This document shows positions 1 to 13,800 of a DNA stretch of 64,000 nt, in pieces (the first letter of the stretch is position 1; each line of letters opens with the position of its first letter). The position numbers and the translations under genes are program-made. This DNA comes from Antedon mediterranea (lineage: Eukaryota; Animalia; Echinodermata): NCBI RefSeq assembly GCF_964355755.1, contig NC_092674.1, positions 2,542,001-2,606,000 of the forward strand, read 5' to 3'. The notes beneath the pieces are model-generated. The model was not told where the DNA came from and made no database searches. It was given only the letters and a program-made list of their open reading frames with translations.

Positions 1-157
1 GTGTACCCAAAGATGGTAGTGATATGGCCATAAATGGTAGTCATATGACATCATCATGTTCATATATGGGCGCATCACATTTTTCTGTCACATAAAGTTT
101 GATAGTGTGGACAGAGCTTTACAATTTGACTAGAAAATAATAATGTCAATTCTCACC

Positions 158-2531
158 AACTTTCTTGGAACGTTCAACTAGTGAACTGAGCTGAGATGCA
201 ATTATCTCAGCGTCTTGCGTCATTAACCCAGTAAAGCAACTCTTGAGGGCGCTTTGACATGTTTTTGAAACGTCACCACCTGCATTGAATGTGTCTATGA
301 GAGTCTTAGCATTGTCTGCACCTACTACTGCATTTAATTCTGGAATGTCTACAAATATTAAAATAAAATTTTTCAATTGGTTGAAATCTATTTTATTTGT
401 TCATAAACTAAATAAATGATAAATTGAACAGAGTGGAGTTGGTGGTTATGATGCTTGGCTACCAATCCAAGGGTCCTGGGTTCAAGTTCTGTCATAGTGT
501 AAGGATTTTTCTAATGACTTATTACAACTCCACTCCCTAAGACTTAATAAGACTTTGTTTGTGTTTACTTATGTACAGCATCTTGTGTATATGTTTGTTT
601 TGTGAACACCTTTAAGAAGTATAGTGAATGAATTATCCTTGGCAATGTGCCAAATACAAACAATATATAATAAAGCTCTGTCTAAACTTTGTCTACACTA
701 TCAAACTGGTTTCACAAAAAAGTGTGATGTGCCCAAATATAATAGTGAGATGACATTGTCATGTTCATATTATGTGCACATCACATTGTTTTGTCACATA
801 AAGTTTGAATGATAGTGTAAACAATGCTTAACTTAAAAATGTTTTACCTTGAAGAAATCTGACAGTTTCATTAATTGGTCGAAAGCCACAAAATCCTTCG
901 AATGGCGTTAGTGCCAACGCCATCTCTGGCTTATGATTGTCATCTGGATATTTATCAGGACGTTCTTTGAATAATTTCTCGGCATGTTCCTTTGAAAATA
1001 AAAAAAAATGTTTGCTCATTTGAAGGTTGAACTTCTCACAGTAATTTGACTATGTAATGAAGCTGGATCCACCTTGATGATTCTTTATGTACAACAACTG
1101 TATTTGGCAAGATATCAGTCGGATTTATCAAGTTTGCTTGCTTAGCAAAAAAGTCTTTTTTAAGTCAATGACTTTGGTCTTCAAAATGACATAAGCAAAT
1201 ACTGTATTTTCAAGTTTGACCAATCACTTTATTCATTCATATAAAAACAATGATTTGAAACTTGTTTGAAAAAGAGAAGTAACATTTCTAATTGAAAATA
1301 AAATACAAAAAGTATTAAATCTAAGATGATAAAGTGTATTTCTTTAAGATAATAATAACTGGTTTGAAAAAGCTTCAGTTGTTAGCTTAAGTACTTCTTA
1401 ACTATATTGACTTAAGCAAAAAGATTGATAAATGGTAACCACTTACCTTACTAGGGTGAGTCTGTATTGAGAGAGACTTATTGACAGACAGCACCTTGAA
1501 CAGGAACGGAAGCTTATTGTGAAATTTCTCTTGTACTTTGGTTCCAAGACTTTGAGGATTTTCATTGATCCAGTCCAGCAATGGCTGACCTGCAAGAGGC
1601 CCACTCTTGATTATTGATGGCCCTCTGGGGTGTGTTCCCATCCAGAGCTTTAAAACAAAAATACATGTTTATATTACTAAATGGTTAACCATAATTTACA
1701 AAACAAAATTGTATGATTGAAAGTGAATTTATGAGATTGCATCATGATCTCAGACGGAGAGATATTCGGGGAAATAGATAATCGGGAAAATGGAGATGGG
1801 TTCCAAGGCCGTAGCGAGAGGTTAAAAACAGATTAGGCAAAGATGCTTTAAATATAAATATTTATATAATAAAATATGACGATCTGAGCAGGGGAATTCC
1901 ATGAGTATATCTGGTACATTTCCAAACCAACATATACGTACCTCTGCATACGTTTGGTTCTGCTCTAGTTTGAATGACGGATCATTGCATTGATTCAGTT
2001 GAGCGACTTCACTATCTGACCCCAATCGACCCCACTGGTATTCTTGCATGGCACATCTTAATTCAAAAACTAATGGCAAAAAAAAAAGAAATTACAAATT
2101 TGTATGAATACTGGTTCAGGTACATAGAGACATCTGGTAGCCATCAAATGGTATTTTTAGATTATATTATACAAAATGCATTAATTCTATTCAATTCAAT
2201 CAAACCATAGTAGTATAGAATAATTTAAAACTGCACTGTCATTTATATAACAATACTTTGACATGACAAGACAAGAGGAAGAAGACTTATATCAGGTAAT
2301 ACTAAAAAACAATAGAAGTCAGGAAGGTGATAGTTTTAATATGCCATATATTATAAATAATATCTATGGTTTATGGTGCTACTCTCTCGTTAAAATACTA
2401 GTAAAGTCAAAATGTTAATAATAACGTTAAACTAAAGAAACAAATAATAATGTACGGGTTATGAAAATCTAATGTTTCAATCAAAAATGACAATAAAATA
2501 TACAAATAAATACCAACGTACTCTCGGACAT
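158..2531 (-). CDS. MPI: Mannose-6-phosphate isomerase (phosphomannose isomerase type I), 5' exons; gene continues past the left edge
   Basis: Exons about 2522-2531 (MSE, donor GA|GTACGT, inferred), 1942-2069 ([13 protein letters not shown]...TYAE), 1448-1647 ([11 protein letters not shown]...[22 protein letters not shown]), 848-990 ([25 protein letters not shown]), ~158-350. PMI type I motifs Y-x-W-G, AELWMGTHP, LSIQxHP and YxDxNHKPE are present. Confidence 0.95.
428..665 (+). mobile_element. tRNA-derived SINE-like element (family 1)
   Basis: GGTGGTTATGATGCTTGGCTACCAATCCAAGGGTCCTGGGTTCAAGT has A/B-box-like motifs; a homologous copy lies on the - strand at ~36140-36415. Confidence 0.65.
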
Positions 2532-3894
2532 CCTGGACCAGGTCACCACTGATATGAGGTCTTGTTGTTGTGTAGGTTCTCTTTTTTCCCCAGGTCCACA
2601 TTTCTTGAACTGCGCCCTCTCTCTAATTACCAACAGCTTGTCAACATGATGATGTCCGTGAATTCTTTGTTTGTAATAAAAACGTTTTTCCATTCCATTG
2701 ATAAAAACAACTGACCTATGTTTACGCATTTATTAAGCCCATTCTTCTATAATTGAAGAACCATACGACACGATTAATAATAAAGTATGTATATTGTTAT
2801 TTTTGTTTAATGATGAGAATAAGCTAGGCCCATGGGATGGAGGCACATCAGCTAGATAGAGCCTAGTAGGCCAAGGCATTATTGTGTTTGTCCCGTGGAT
2901 GATATTGGACATAAATAGTTGTGTCGAGCGCGATGGGGATCGGTGGTGAGGGTGATGTGGCATGATGAATAAGTGGCAGTATGAGATGATCAGCTCAAGG
3001 CCTGGATAGCCTATGATGGTGGATTCTGTGCTTTTATCCTAAACCACCAAACTAGTACTAGTAGTACGTTATTATGCTAAAATAAATCCATTAAAATATT
3101 AAATAGGCCTAGGTCTTATTATATGGTTTACGATGAAATCGGTCGCGTCTGAAATCGGTCGCGTTTGAAATCGGTCGCGATAAAATCACCTTCCGGTATT
3201 TTGTATGGCGCGCCGCTAGAGCTATACTTTTGATGATATCGGTCGCGTTTGAAATCGGTCGCGTTTGAAATCGGTCGCGCTATTTTGAGTGGATCGAGCG
3301 GGATACATGCTAGAGCGGGATATACATTTTTCGTTTATAGATTTAATTGATATTTTTTAGGAACTAGATTATTTATGTGGATATTTTTTACTTGGTAATA
3401 TTTATTATCAATCATTAAATTAATTTTTTTTGTATTTCACAGGTCTCGGAGAATGTGTCTTTTCAAAATGGCCATTTCTAAACACGTTTAAATGTTATAT
3501 TAGGCATATAATAATTTACCTCTATTTATATGTACTGTAATTAATATATTATATAGAGAATATACGTCTGTCGTGTCTTTTATTATGCAAACAATTACGT
3601 ATGGTTTTAGGATATTAATAAAATATATAGATAATATGCCGTTATAAATCAATCTACCGGCCTACAGTAGGACTATGATGTACAATGATAGATAAAGGTG
3701 AACACGATTCTCAAAGAGGTAATCTGCACTGATATTTAAACATTTAGGCCTAGACCTAGATTTACTAAACGGCGTATGAATGCGAGACACTGAGTTGCAC
3801 TTACTTAATTATTTACATTAAATGATTATTATAAATGAAGAAATAAAAGATATTCAAATTAAAATCTATAGTATCGCCGACGTATTTACGTAAA

Positions 3895-6362
3895 GGGTCA
3901 TTCCATGTCAAATCACCCAATGGGTTAAACCCTACTTTCTTCAAATTTGCTCAAATTTGGTATTTGGGTTATTTTTAGCTAAAAAACCTGAAATTTTTAA
4001 TTTGAGCACCATACGACCAACGGTTCGCGCGCTACGCGCCGTCGTTTCTTCGCGATTTTTGCAAAATCGATGCGGCGGGCTATACTTAAATGACCGTATC
4101 TCCGTAACGTGTGGACCGATTTTGTTGTGACAGGTATCTTTGGAAAGCTAATTGTTAAAGCTATCCAAATCTTCTATTTACTTTTGAGATAGAACTATTT
4201 AAAAGATGTATAACTTATTCTATTCCATTTGACCTAGGATTTGACCTTGTGGGACAAATTTTTTTTAGATGAAATTTTGTGAAAATTATCTCCTACATGA
4301 TATTTACATAATATAAAAAAATTGGAGATATATTATTTTTTGTTTGCTTTCTAGCTCATTTCAAAGTTGACTTACTTCAACAATTCTGGTATTTCTATAC
4401 AGTGTAGATGTATTGTCGACATTATATCACTACCAAATTTACCTCTTAATACTATGGGTGTCACTCTCAGATTATTTAAGACTATAACAATGCTTTAATT
4501 ATATTTTCATGCTCCATACAAAACAATTTAACTCAATATAACCGCATGATTTATAGGGCTAATTACGTAAAATTGTAGTAACGTTTTAAAATTGCATAAA
4601 ATGGCAGCTAGGCGGCATGGACCGGGGCAAGTGGTATTTTTATGCAAATACTACTACTACTTGCCCCAACCAATGTATCGTCACCCCGGTCCATGCCGTT
4701 TATAACGTAATTATAGACTTATAAATCATGAGGTTATATTGCATTTTTTATAAGAACGTAAAATTGTAGAACGTTTTAAAATTGCATATAATGGCATATA
4801 ATGGCAGATAGACGGCAGGGACCGGGGCAAGTGGTATTTTTCTGAAATGAGTGGACCCTACTTGCCCTAACCCATGTATCATCACCCCGGTCCATGCCGT
4901 TTATAATGTAATTATAGCCCTATATATCATGCATTTATATTGCATTTTTTATTAAAAAAAAGTTAAATTGTAGTAACGTTTTAAAATTGCATAAAATGGC
5001 AGCTAGACGGCATGGACCAGGGAAAGTGGTATTTTTATGCATTGACTACTACTACTTGCCCCAACCAATGTATATCGTCACCCCGGTCCATGCCGTTTAT
5101 AACATAATTATAGCCTTATAAATCATGTGGTTATATTGCATTTTTTACAAAAATTTAAATTGTAGTAACGTTTTAAAATTGCATAAAATGGCAGCTAGAC
5201 AGCATGGACCGATGCAAGTGGTATTTTTATGCATTGACTACTACTACTTGCCCCAACCAATGTATCGTCACCCCGGTCCATGCCGTTTATAACATAATTA
5301 TAGCCTTATAAATCATGTGGTAATATTGCATTTTTGACAAAAACGTAAAACTGTAGTAACGTTTTAAAATTGCATAAAATGGCAGCTAGACGGCATGGAC
5401 CAGGGCAAGTGGTATTTTTATGCAATGACTGGACCCTACTTGCCCCAACCCACGTATCGTCACCCCGGTCCATGCCGTTTATAACGTAATTATAACATAA
5501 TTATGAGTGAAGAAATAAGTGAATAAAATACAATGAACAAAAATGTAAAATAATGATGAACAGCAAAGAACAATCAATGTTTTCAAAGTTAATATCATCA
5601 AACAAAAAAAATGATTCAATTTGCTTGAAAGTGTGAAAAGAGTGCCATAAACTGATGGTACATCCTTGGCTAACCAAATGGGGTAATCAAATGGTGTACA
5701 GATGTTTACCTAAGTAATAATTATTTTGTATGGAGCATGAAAATATAATTAAAGCATTGTTGTAGTCTTAAATAATCTGACAGTGACACCCATAGTATTA
5801 AGAGGTAAATTTGGTAGTGATATAATGTCGACAATACATCTACACTGTATAGAAATACCAGAATTGTTGAAGTAAGCCAACTTTGAAATGAGCTAGAAAG
5901 CAAACAAAAAATAATATATCTCCAATTTTTTTATATTATGTAAATATCATGTAGGAGATAATTTTCACAAAATTTCATCTAAAAAAAATTTGTCCCACAA
6001 GGTCAAATCCTAGGTCAAATGGGATAGAATAAGTTGTACATCTTTTAAATAGTTCTATCTCAAAAGTAAATAGAAGATTTGGATAGCTTTAACAATTACC
6101 TTTCCAAAGATACCTGTCACAACAAAATCGGTCCACACGTTACGGAGATACACTCATTTAAGTATAGCCCGCCGCGTCGATTTTGCGCAAAATCGCGAAG
6201 AAACGACGACGCGTAGCACGCGAACCGTTGGTCGTATGGCGCTCAAATTAAAAATTTCAGGTTTTTTGGCTAAAAATAACCCAAAAACCAAATTTGAGCA
6301 AATTTGAAGAAAGTAGGGTTTAAAATGTCATTTTTTTTGGGTGATTTGGTATGGAATGACCC
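3895..6362. mobile_element. Nested non-autonomous long-TIR element (~630-bp TIRs, 4-bp TSD TAAA); superfamily uncertain (Sola/Kolobok-like)
   Basis: GGGTCATTCC...GGAATGACCC termini; 3895-4525 is a near-perfect inverted copy of 5722-6362; TAAA at 3891-3894 and 6363-6366. Confidence 0.88.
4560..5495. repeat. Tandem array of five ~190-205 bp units inside the nested element
   Basis: AAATTGTAGTAACGTTTTAAAATTGCATAAAATGGCAG recurs at ~4570, 4760, 4965, 5157 and 5347. Confidence 0.9.
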
Positions 6363-7892
6363 TAAATTATATATAAATCATACTGTCAAATTATAGAAAC
6401 AGTACTTTATTCGGAATTATTATGGATATATAGCACTGTGAGCTACAGCGACTTTAATTCCTTTTGCTTATCCTTGCCTCCTTAGATTTCCACGTGTCTT
6501 GATTTTGTTACCTATGTTTTAAATGTATTTCGATTTTAAAGGCTAAATAAAGAATGAATGAATAAATGAATGAACATAATCGCGTCGAGCATCTATAGCT
6601 CATTGAATCGTTTCACAAAAACACGTGCAGGAGGCCTATAGACGTTTCAAACGTATGGTTATTAGTAATAGACGTCATCTTTATCTCGCCATGGACAACG
6701 ATCGTACGTGTTTTGTCCTTGAGTTGACACACTAACAAGTGCGTGTTTTTTAAAAAGGGGAAACCCCGTCAGCAAAATAACGTATTGTTAGAGGAAACAG
6801 CTTCACGATCAAAGAAGGCGCATCTCCGTCGATATGGCTTATTCGGGGGTTTATTTCAGTAACACTCGCCTTTTAACCATCCGCATATAATGATCATTTT
6901 ACTAAAAACTATTTTAAACATTAGAAATAAAAATATACACGTGATTTGCCTCAACAATAATCATTATATACTTAATATTATCCTACATAACGGATAGAAA
7001 TAAAATAAGGTGATCGAATAGTATGTTGTTAACGACATGGATGATATAATCTGCCACATATATGCATAAGTATAAAAATGGATACGCTGGCTTTACGGGC
7101 TATATTGTAAAAATTATTGTTTTTAAATAAATTGTTCTCTTTTACGTAATTGTTTGCATAATAAAAGACACGACAGACGTATATTCTCTATATAATATAT
7201 TAATTACAGTATTATAAATATAAATAGAGATATTTTATTTTTATTTCTTTATTCTGATATAAAATCAATAGGATAAAAACACAAAAAAAGTACCGAGACG
7301 GCAAACTTATTTCCATTGTGGTCCTAAATTTCCATTGTGGTCCTAGGTAAATTATTATATGCCTAATATAACATTATGCCTAATACATATAATATTTAAA
7401 CGTGTTTAGAAATGGCCATTTTGAAAACACACAGTCCTTCTCCAAGACCTGTGAAATACAAAAAAAAAATTAAATTTAATGATTGATAATAAATATTTAT
7501 TAACCAAGTAAAAAATATCCACATAAATATTCCAGTTCCTAAAAAATATCAATTAACTATATAATATAAACGAAAAATGTATATCCCGCTCTAGCATGCA
7601 TCCCGCTCGATCCATACAAAATAGCGCGACCGATTTCAAACGCGACCGATTTCAAACGCGACCGATATCATCAAAGGTACAGCTCTAGCGGCGTGCCATA
7701 CAAAATACCGGAAGTTGATTTTATCGCGACCGATTTCAAACGCGACCGATTTCAAGCGCGACCGATTTCATCTGACACCTTATTATATAATATATAGGCT
7801 AGATAAATAATATGTTAATATTTATAATTTAAATTAATGTGTCTTGTTTTTTTACCCATTTTTTTTTCAGTTTGCAAAGTATATTTCACAAG

Positions 7893-10800
7893 ATGACTGC
7901 GCCATTTTTTCTGCAGCAGAGTCTACACCTAGGAGGAGGCCAAAATGCTATGTCTTGTAAGGATTCAGTACTGCTGGCTCTAAACTCTTAACACATATTT
8001 ACAGTAAACATTTATATAGGCCTACAGTAAAAAATTTTAAATAATAATAAAATTAATTGTGTTCCTAGAATCAAAATGATAGTTTGATCATGGAGCCTGT
8101 CATAGACCTATAAAATTATTTTATTTTACAGGTCAATTGATATTATTCCATTTTTTTTTCAGTGCTTGGAAGTCATGGTATAGACCCTGCAAATAATGAT
8201 CAACCACTTCAATTTAGCGCCAAGTCAGGGCCAAAGGTCATAGTGAATTCATCAATGGATGATGGTGGAAAGAAAGATAATCGAGGTTTGCAATAAATTT
8301 AATAATATTTTATGTTAATTAATTATCCGCACCTTGTTAGATATATTATTACAGTAGCAGTACAATACATTTGTGAGTTTGTTTTAACTTTGCATGAACG
8401 ATTTTGTCCCCAGATATGATGAATATGTCAAGAATGGGACATGGGATGAACAGTTCAAATATAGGAGGATCTGGAATGAACATATGGAATGAAGGATCCA
8501 TGTGGAATGGTATGGGAATGGGTGACGGTGGCGGAGGAGGAGGAATAATGACTGGATTTGGTAATATTGGTGCTGATAACAGTGGACTCGGTAGAGGTGG
8601 TATGGCCGGTGCCGCTCTGCCTCATGGGGGCGGTCTTCCACATGGAGGCAATATTCCCCATGGAGGTGGCCTACCGCATGCCGGTGGCCTACCGCATGCC
8701 GGTGGCCTACCGCATGCCGGTGGCCTTCCGCATGGAGGAATGGTTGGTGGAAACGACATTTTACCTCCACAAGTTATGCAACGAAAGGAGACCATACATT
8801 TAAGTACAGCAACTTTACTTCCTCCCCCTTCTGGTAAGAGTATACCTAATCTCCATAATTATTGCCTTTTTGGCATAGCAATATTCTTTTTGATTTAAAG
8901 TTTTATTGTCATAGCATTTAGATAATACTGTAAATTGTACATTGTAAATTGCATGAAATCAACAGAAAATTGTGTGTAATGTTTCTTTGTATATCATGAA
9001 TCATTTATAAGTTGAGGGCAAGTAATGTTAGATCGTTGGCGATATTTCTTCTAGGTGCTCCCCCTCCATCTGTTCGTGAGAAACCATTTGGTTGTCGTAC
9101 TGTATTTGTTGGTGGCCTTCCAGAAAACATAACGGGAGACATAGTGCGTGAAATGTTCGCATTTTGCGGAGAGATTGTTAGTTACAGGAAAGGAAAGAAA
9201 AACTTTTGTCATGTAAGATTTAATGATGAGATATCAGTTGATAAAGCGTTATATTTATCTGGTAAGTAGAACAATAATTGCTAATTGGATATTAATTAAT
9301 GTGTCTAAGAGCTTCGGCTCATTCTGTATCAAATACCAAGTTTTTTATTCATTACGATTATTTAGATTACACAGAAATTTATGTATGCAAAATAAATGGT
9401 ACGTCTAGTTCTGCAAAGAAATCTTAAAATATGTTATTTAAACTATTGTGGAGTAAAAACTTATCAACAACCTACACAACGCACTCATTAACAGTTTAAG
9501 AAAAGTGAAAACCAAAAAATGTTTTGATTTTTTGAACTTTACATTTTTCAGGTTATCGAATAAGCTTAAACAACAGCAAAGAACCAGACAATACTGGACG
9601 TATACATGTTGATTACGCACAGGCACGTGATGATCACTACGACTTTGAATGTAGGCAACGACAATACGCAAGGGAAATGCGTCATCGACATCGCATGGAA
9701 GAACAGTTGATGAGACCGCCCTCTCCTCCAGTTACTTCAATTCCGTACTCGGACCACGAATCTTCTGCACTTGCAGAAAAACTAAAAAGTATGTTATGTA
9801 AAAATTATTAGTGAAAAATTATTGTAATGTCATTTTCAACTGGATTGTTTTAAGCTCTGTCTACACTATCAAACTAGTTTGACAAAAAAAAGTGTGATGT
9901 GCCCAAACATGGTAGTGACATGCCCAAATATGGTAGTGATATGACATCATCATGTCCATATATGGGCACATCACAGTTTGTTTTCACATAAAGTTTTATA
10001 ACGTAGCCAAGGCTTCACAGAATATAATAAATAATAAATCATACATAAACACTGTTTAATTTTAGGTGAAGAACATTTTGTTAAAGCAGCAACTCAGTTA
10101 ATCTCATGGCTTGAACGAGGCGACTGCTCTAAGAGAACGTCTAGCAACTTTTATAGTATGATTCAGTTGACAAACAGGTAACAAAATAATCAATTGTATC
10201 AATCAATCATCAAATTGTTATATTCGGTATTTCTTGATATCTGTGCCATTTTTAAGTACCCATAATTATTTCTTTCAATTAAACCGGCTTCTCTTTTTGT
10301 ATAACTTGTTTAAAGCTCTGTCTACACTATTAAACTTTATGTGACAAAAAAATGTGATGTGGCCATATATGGACATGATGATGTTATATCACTACCATAT
10401 TTGGCACATCACACTTTTTTTGGTCAAAATAGTGTGACAGAGCTTTACTGCTATAAATGTTGGCATGTTCGGTTTCTGTATTGTGTAACTGATTTGCATT
10501 AAACTAAATCGATTCATTGACTTCATCAAGTATATCAATATTTCATTTTAAGAACATTTATTAATTGCAAAAATGGCAAAATAACAATACATGAGATATA
10601 CATTTTAGAAACACGGCGAACGTTTTGCAATTTTTTAAGTAGTTTATATCAGCTGCTGATTTTACGGATTTTTTCGAGAGCTTTTCCAAATTTGATAAGT
10701 CCTTGATTGACACCGATTGACATTGTTCACGACCTCGTACTTCGATGGCAATCAAGGACTCCATAAAAGCAGCAGCTGATATATACTACTTAACAAACAT

Positions 10801-13800
10801 ATAATAAGACATTGGTGACGTGAGTACGACTTTATCATTCTAAAGATTATTATTGTGCCTTTTTGTTGATAGCCAAGTTAGAAGATTAATGATTGAAAAG
10901 CAAACATACAATGATGAGTTTGATGTTGCCAAGAATGTGTTCATACAGAGAATGCACTGTCTTTTTAATCAATGTAAGTAATAGTGTTATTGAATGAAAC
11001 AGTTTAGTGAGTTTCATGATGACAGCAAAATTGGTGGTGGCTGAATTAATAAGAAGCCTTTTGATTGGTTTACCTGAATCTATGTTGGCTATAACATAGC
11101 TTTCGATTGGATGTTTTCATGAAAGCAGTAAGATGGTATATGATTGGTCAATTAGGGTCAAATTAAACAGTAGTCTTACCGTAATACGTGTGAATTGAAT
11201 GTAACTACTGACGGCAAGAATTCAAACAATATGAAGCCATTTGATTGGACAGTAATATTACGCTATGATGATTGTCAACTCTGATTGGATGGATTTATAC
11301 AGAAGAGTAATGTATATTCTACAAATTCAAACTTAATTCATAAGATTCTATTTCAGCAGTCTTCAATTGTTAAACTCTGATGGGATTTTTTTAAAATTTG
11401 AGATTAATTTGGTGAGTATAGTTTTGCAGAGATGACCTCCATTGATTGACCTACGTGATGTCTACTGCATAGATCACCTTCATTCTATATGTTATCTTTC
11501 TCCATATTATGCTTGTATAAGTGCATTACATCATTTACAGCTACCAATGAAATTGACTTCATGATTTTAAGCGTCCAATTTATCTACTTAATCCCTTGAT
11601 AATCAACTTAGAACAAGGTAATTTGCTCAACGAAAATCGTGCACTGGTTTTTATAAGTCACTTGTTATAAATACATGCATTATGAGATACTAGTTTTAAC
11701 ATAACACTGTACTAATGAACTGTTCTTTGACACTATTAAGTCTAATTCAAATGTAATCTGAGTTCAAATAGACGTTGGTGTTATTACTATGTGAGTATGT
11801 AGGAATATATTGTGTATTTCAATGTAAGTGTCTATATGTACTTGGTACTACTTTCATATAGTTAGCCTGGTTGAGAATGTATTTGTGAGTGCAACCAAAC
11901 AGCGAGCATGGGATCATTTCACAAAGCCTCAAAGAAAGAACATAGACGTCTGGAAGAAGCAGGCTCAGGTAAAGATTCATCACCACCATATAACAGTAAT
12001 TGTGTAAGTCTGAAATATTGCATGTACAAACATCTAGATGATGTGTACATTGCACATACATATGTCTAGAAGACGTTTTCATCGGTGAAATACATACAGT
12101 ATGTATGCATCATTTCAATAATACAACCAGGTAATGTCATCTAGTCGAGGGGAGAAGGTATGGTTTACGATATAACACCTTGGTTGTCACAAGGACATTT
12201 TAAAAAAAATCCTCCACTGTTTAAATTCGGAAACAGGGGATTTTCTTTTCAAAACACATTCCTTAAAAAGTGTTGCTTAAAATACCATTTATTTGAACGC
12301 TAGTCCTCCTGGGTTTGGTAAGTAATGTATGATGTATTATGGTAAGTACTAATGAAATAAAGATTCAGAAAGGAACACTGGCAACATTAAAAAGTATAGT
12401 TTAAATTTTTTTTTTCTTATTTTTATTATTTGTTTCTGACAATAATAGAGTATACTATGGCTGATTGACACCAAATGAATTCAAATGGTTTTCACATTTT
12501 TTAAAAATGGTTATACATTTTTCTTGAATAGTGTACAGAAGTGATTCGCAGTGATGAATCCAGGATTTTGAAATTGGGTAAAATTGTGAAATGGAAGTGC
12601 TAAACTTGATTAATATCACATTTTTTGTATTTTTATTTATTTCTTAATGCTGAAACAGTAATAATACATATTTGACAGTAGGTAGCTTTGAATGGTATTG
12701 TATTTGTACACTTACCTTATATACAGGAGGATACAATCTGCTAGCACATGGATATTGTTACCTGCTATTAACAAAACTGTGTTACAGTAATATCAACTAA
12801 TGCACTGATAATTGAAGTATGTCAACTTTGTTTTTAATAGGAAATAAAAGAAAGCCAACAGGGAGAGATGAGTGGGATTTTAAATGAAAAAGGAGAAGCA
12901 GACATGGATGTGTCCGATGACGAAATAGAAGTTGAGACAAAAGAAAAAGAACCTGAAATGGACATTGAAACAAAGAGGAGGTTGATAGTACAAAGTGCAC
13001 AGGCATACGCCGCTAGCAACCTACAAGCAATGTCAGACGCTAAGAAACCCAGACTTGAAAATGATGAAGGTAACATCTTCAGAAAATCCTTTTTTAAAGA
13101 ACTTTCTCTAGTTGTAATTGTCCCATGACCTAGATGATCGTAGGTGCATAGCAGATGAGATACAGTAGTAGTAGTCATCATGATACGATACACAGGCATA
13201 AGCCATATCTTCCAGTGAAGCCTATCTCCTCTCCGGAGAACTTTCTAGTCAATTTTACAAAACTCTTTCCTAACTTGCCTGATATGTCTGTAATTTTTCT
13301 CAAATTCATCTTTATTTGAATGTTAGCTAATTTAAAATGTCACTCCATTCCATTTGTTTAGTTGATATTACTGTATCACAAGGCATTTATTAATAACTAG
13401 CTTGTTAACAGCTGTGTTTATTAATCAATTAATATGCCATAAATTGACATTGAATGTATTTCAAGAAATGAGAAAACTAAAAGATGAAAATGATGTGATG
13501 AAATGTCAACTGGAAGCATTCAAGAATGAGGTTGAGCTTGTGAAAGCAGAACGTAGCAAGGAATATGAAGAGAAGGACACGCAGATCAAAGCATTACAGC
13601 ATGCACTGCTAGGCATGCAACAGGTATGCAATATCATATATATATATCCAATCTGCAGACAGTACTGTTTTGATCTTATTAGATCTCGTCAGTGCAGCTC
13701 AGGTTTTGAAACAAAATGTACCGCAGAACTGGCACAATATATAGGCTGAGCCAGGTATGCGGGACATGGTACACTTATTATGAACACAAAGAGTGCACAA

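Larger units (their letters stand above)
3125..7779. mobile_element. Non-autonomous foldback/Mutator-like DNA element with ~480-bp TIRs and a 9-bp TSD
   Basis: Arm 3125-3601 is the reverse complement of ~7143-7779 (subterminal GAAATCGGTCGCG repeats; the right arm carries a ~130-bp insertion). Identical 9-bp direct repeat TTATTATAT at 3116-3124 and 7780-7788. No transposase ORF. Confidence 0.9.

Noticed and set aside
428-500. Functional tRNA genes here and at ~24970-25040 and ~36340-36410
   Set aside because: A/B boxes are present but there is no complete cloverleaf, and each continues into a SINE-like body.
2481-2963. Short ORFs upstream of MPI
   Set aside because: No recognisable motifs; only the final MSE codons fit as the MPI first exon.
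4560-5495. CRISPR-like array or HDV-like ribozyme (GGCGGCATGG start)
   Set aside because: Whole units are repeated with no unique spacers, there are no cas genes, and the context is eukaryotic. The HDV nested double pseudoknot could not be built by eye.
10561-10764. Penelope-like N-terminal fragment (LEKLSKK...DINYLKNCKTF)
   Set aside because: Short, no RT motifs; the resemblance is from memory only and too weak to call.
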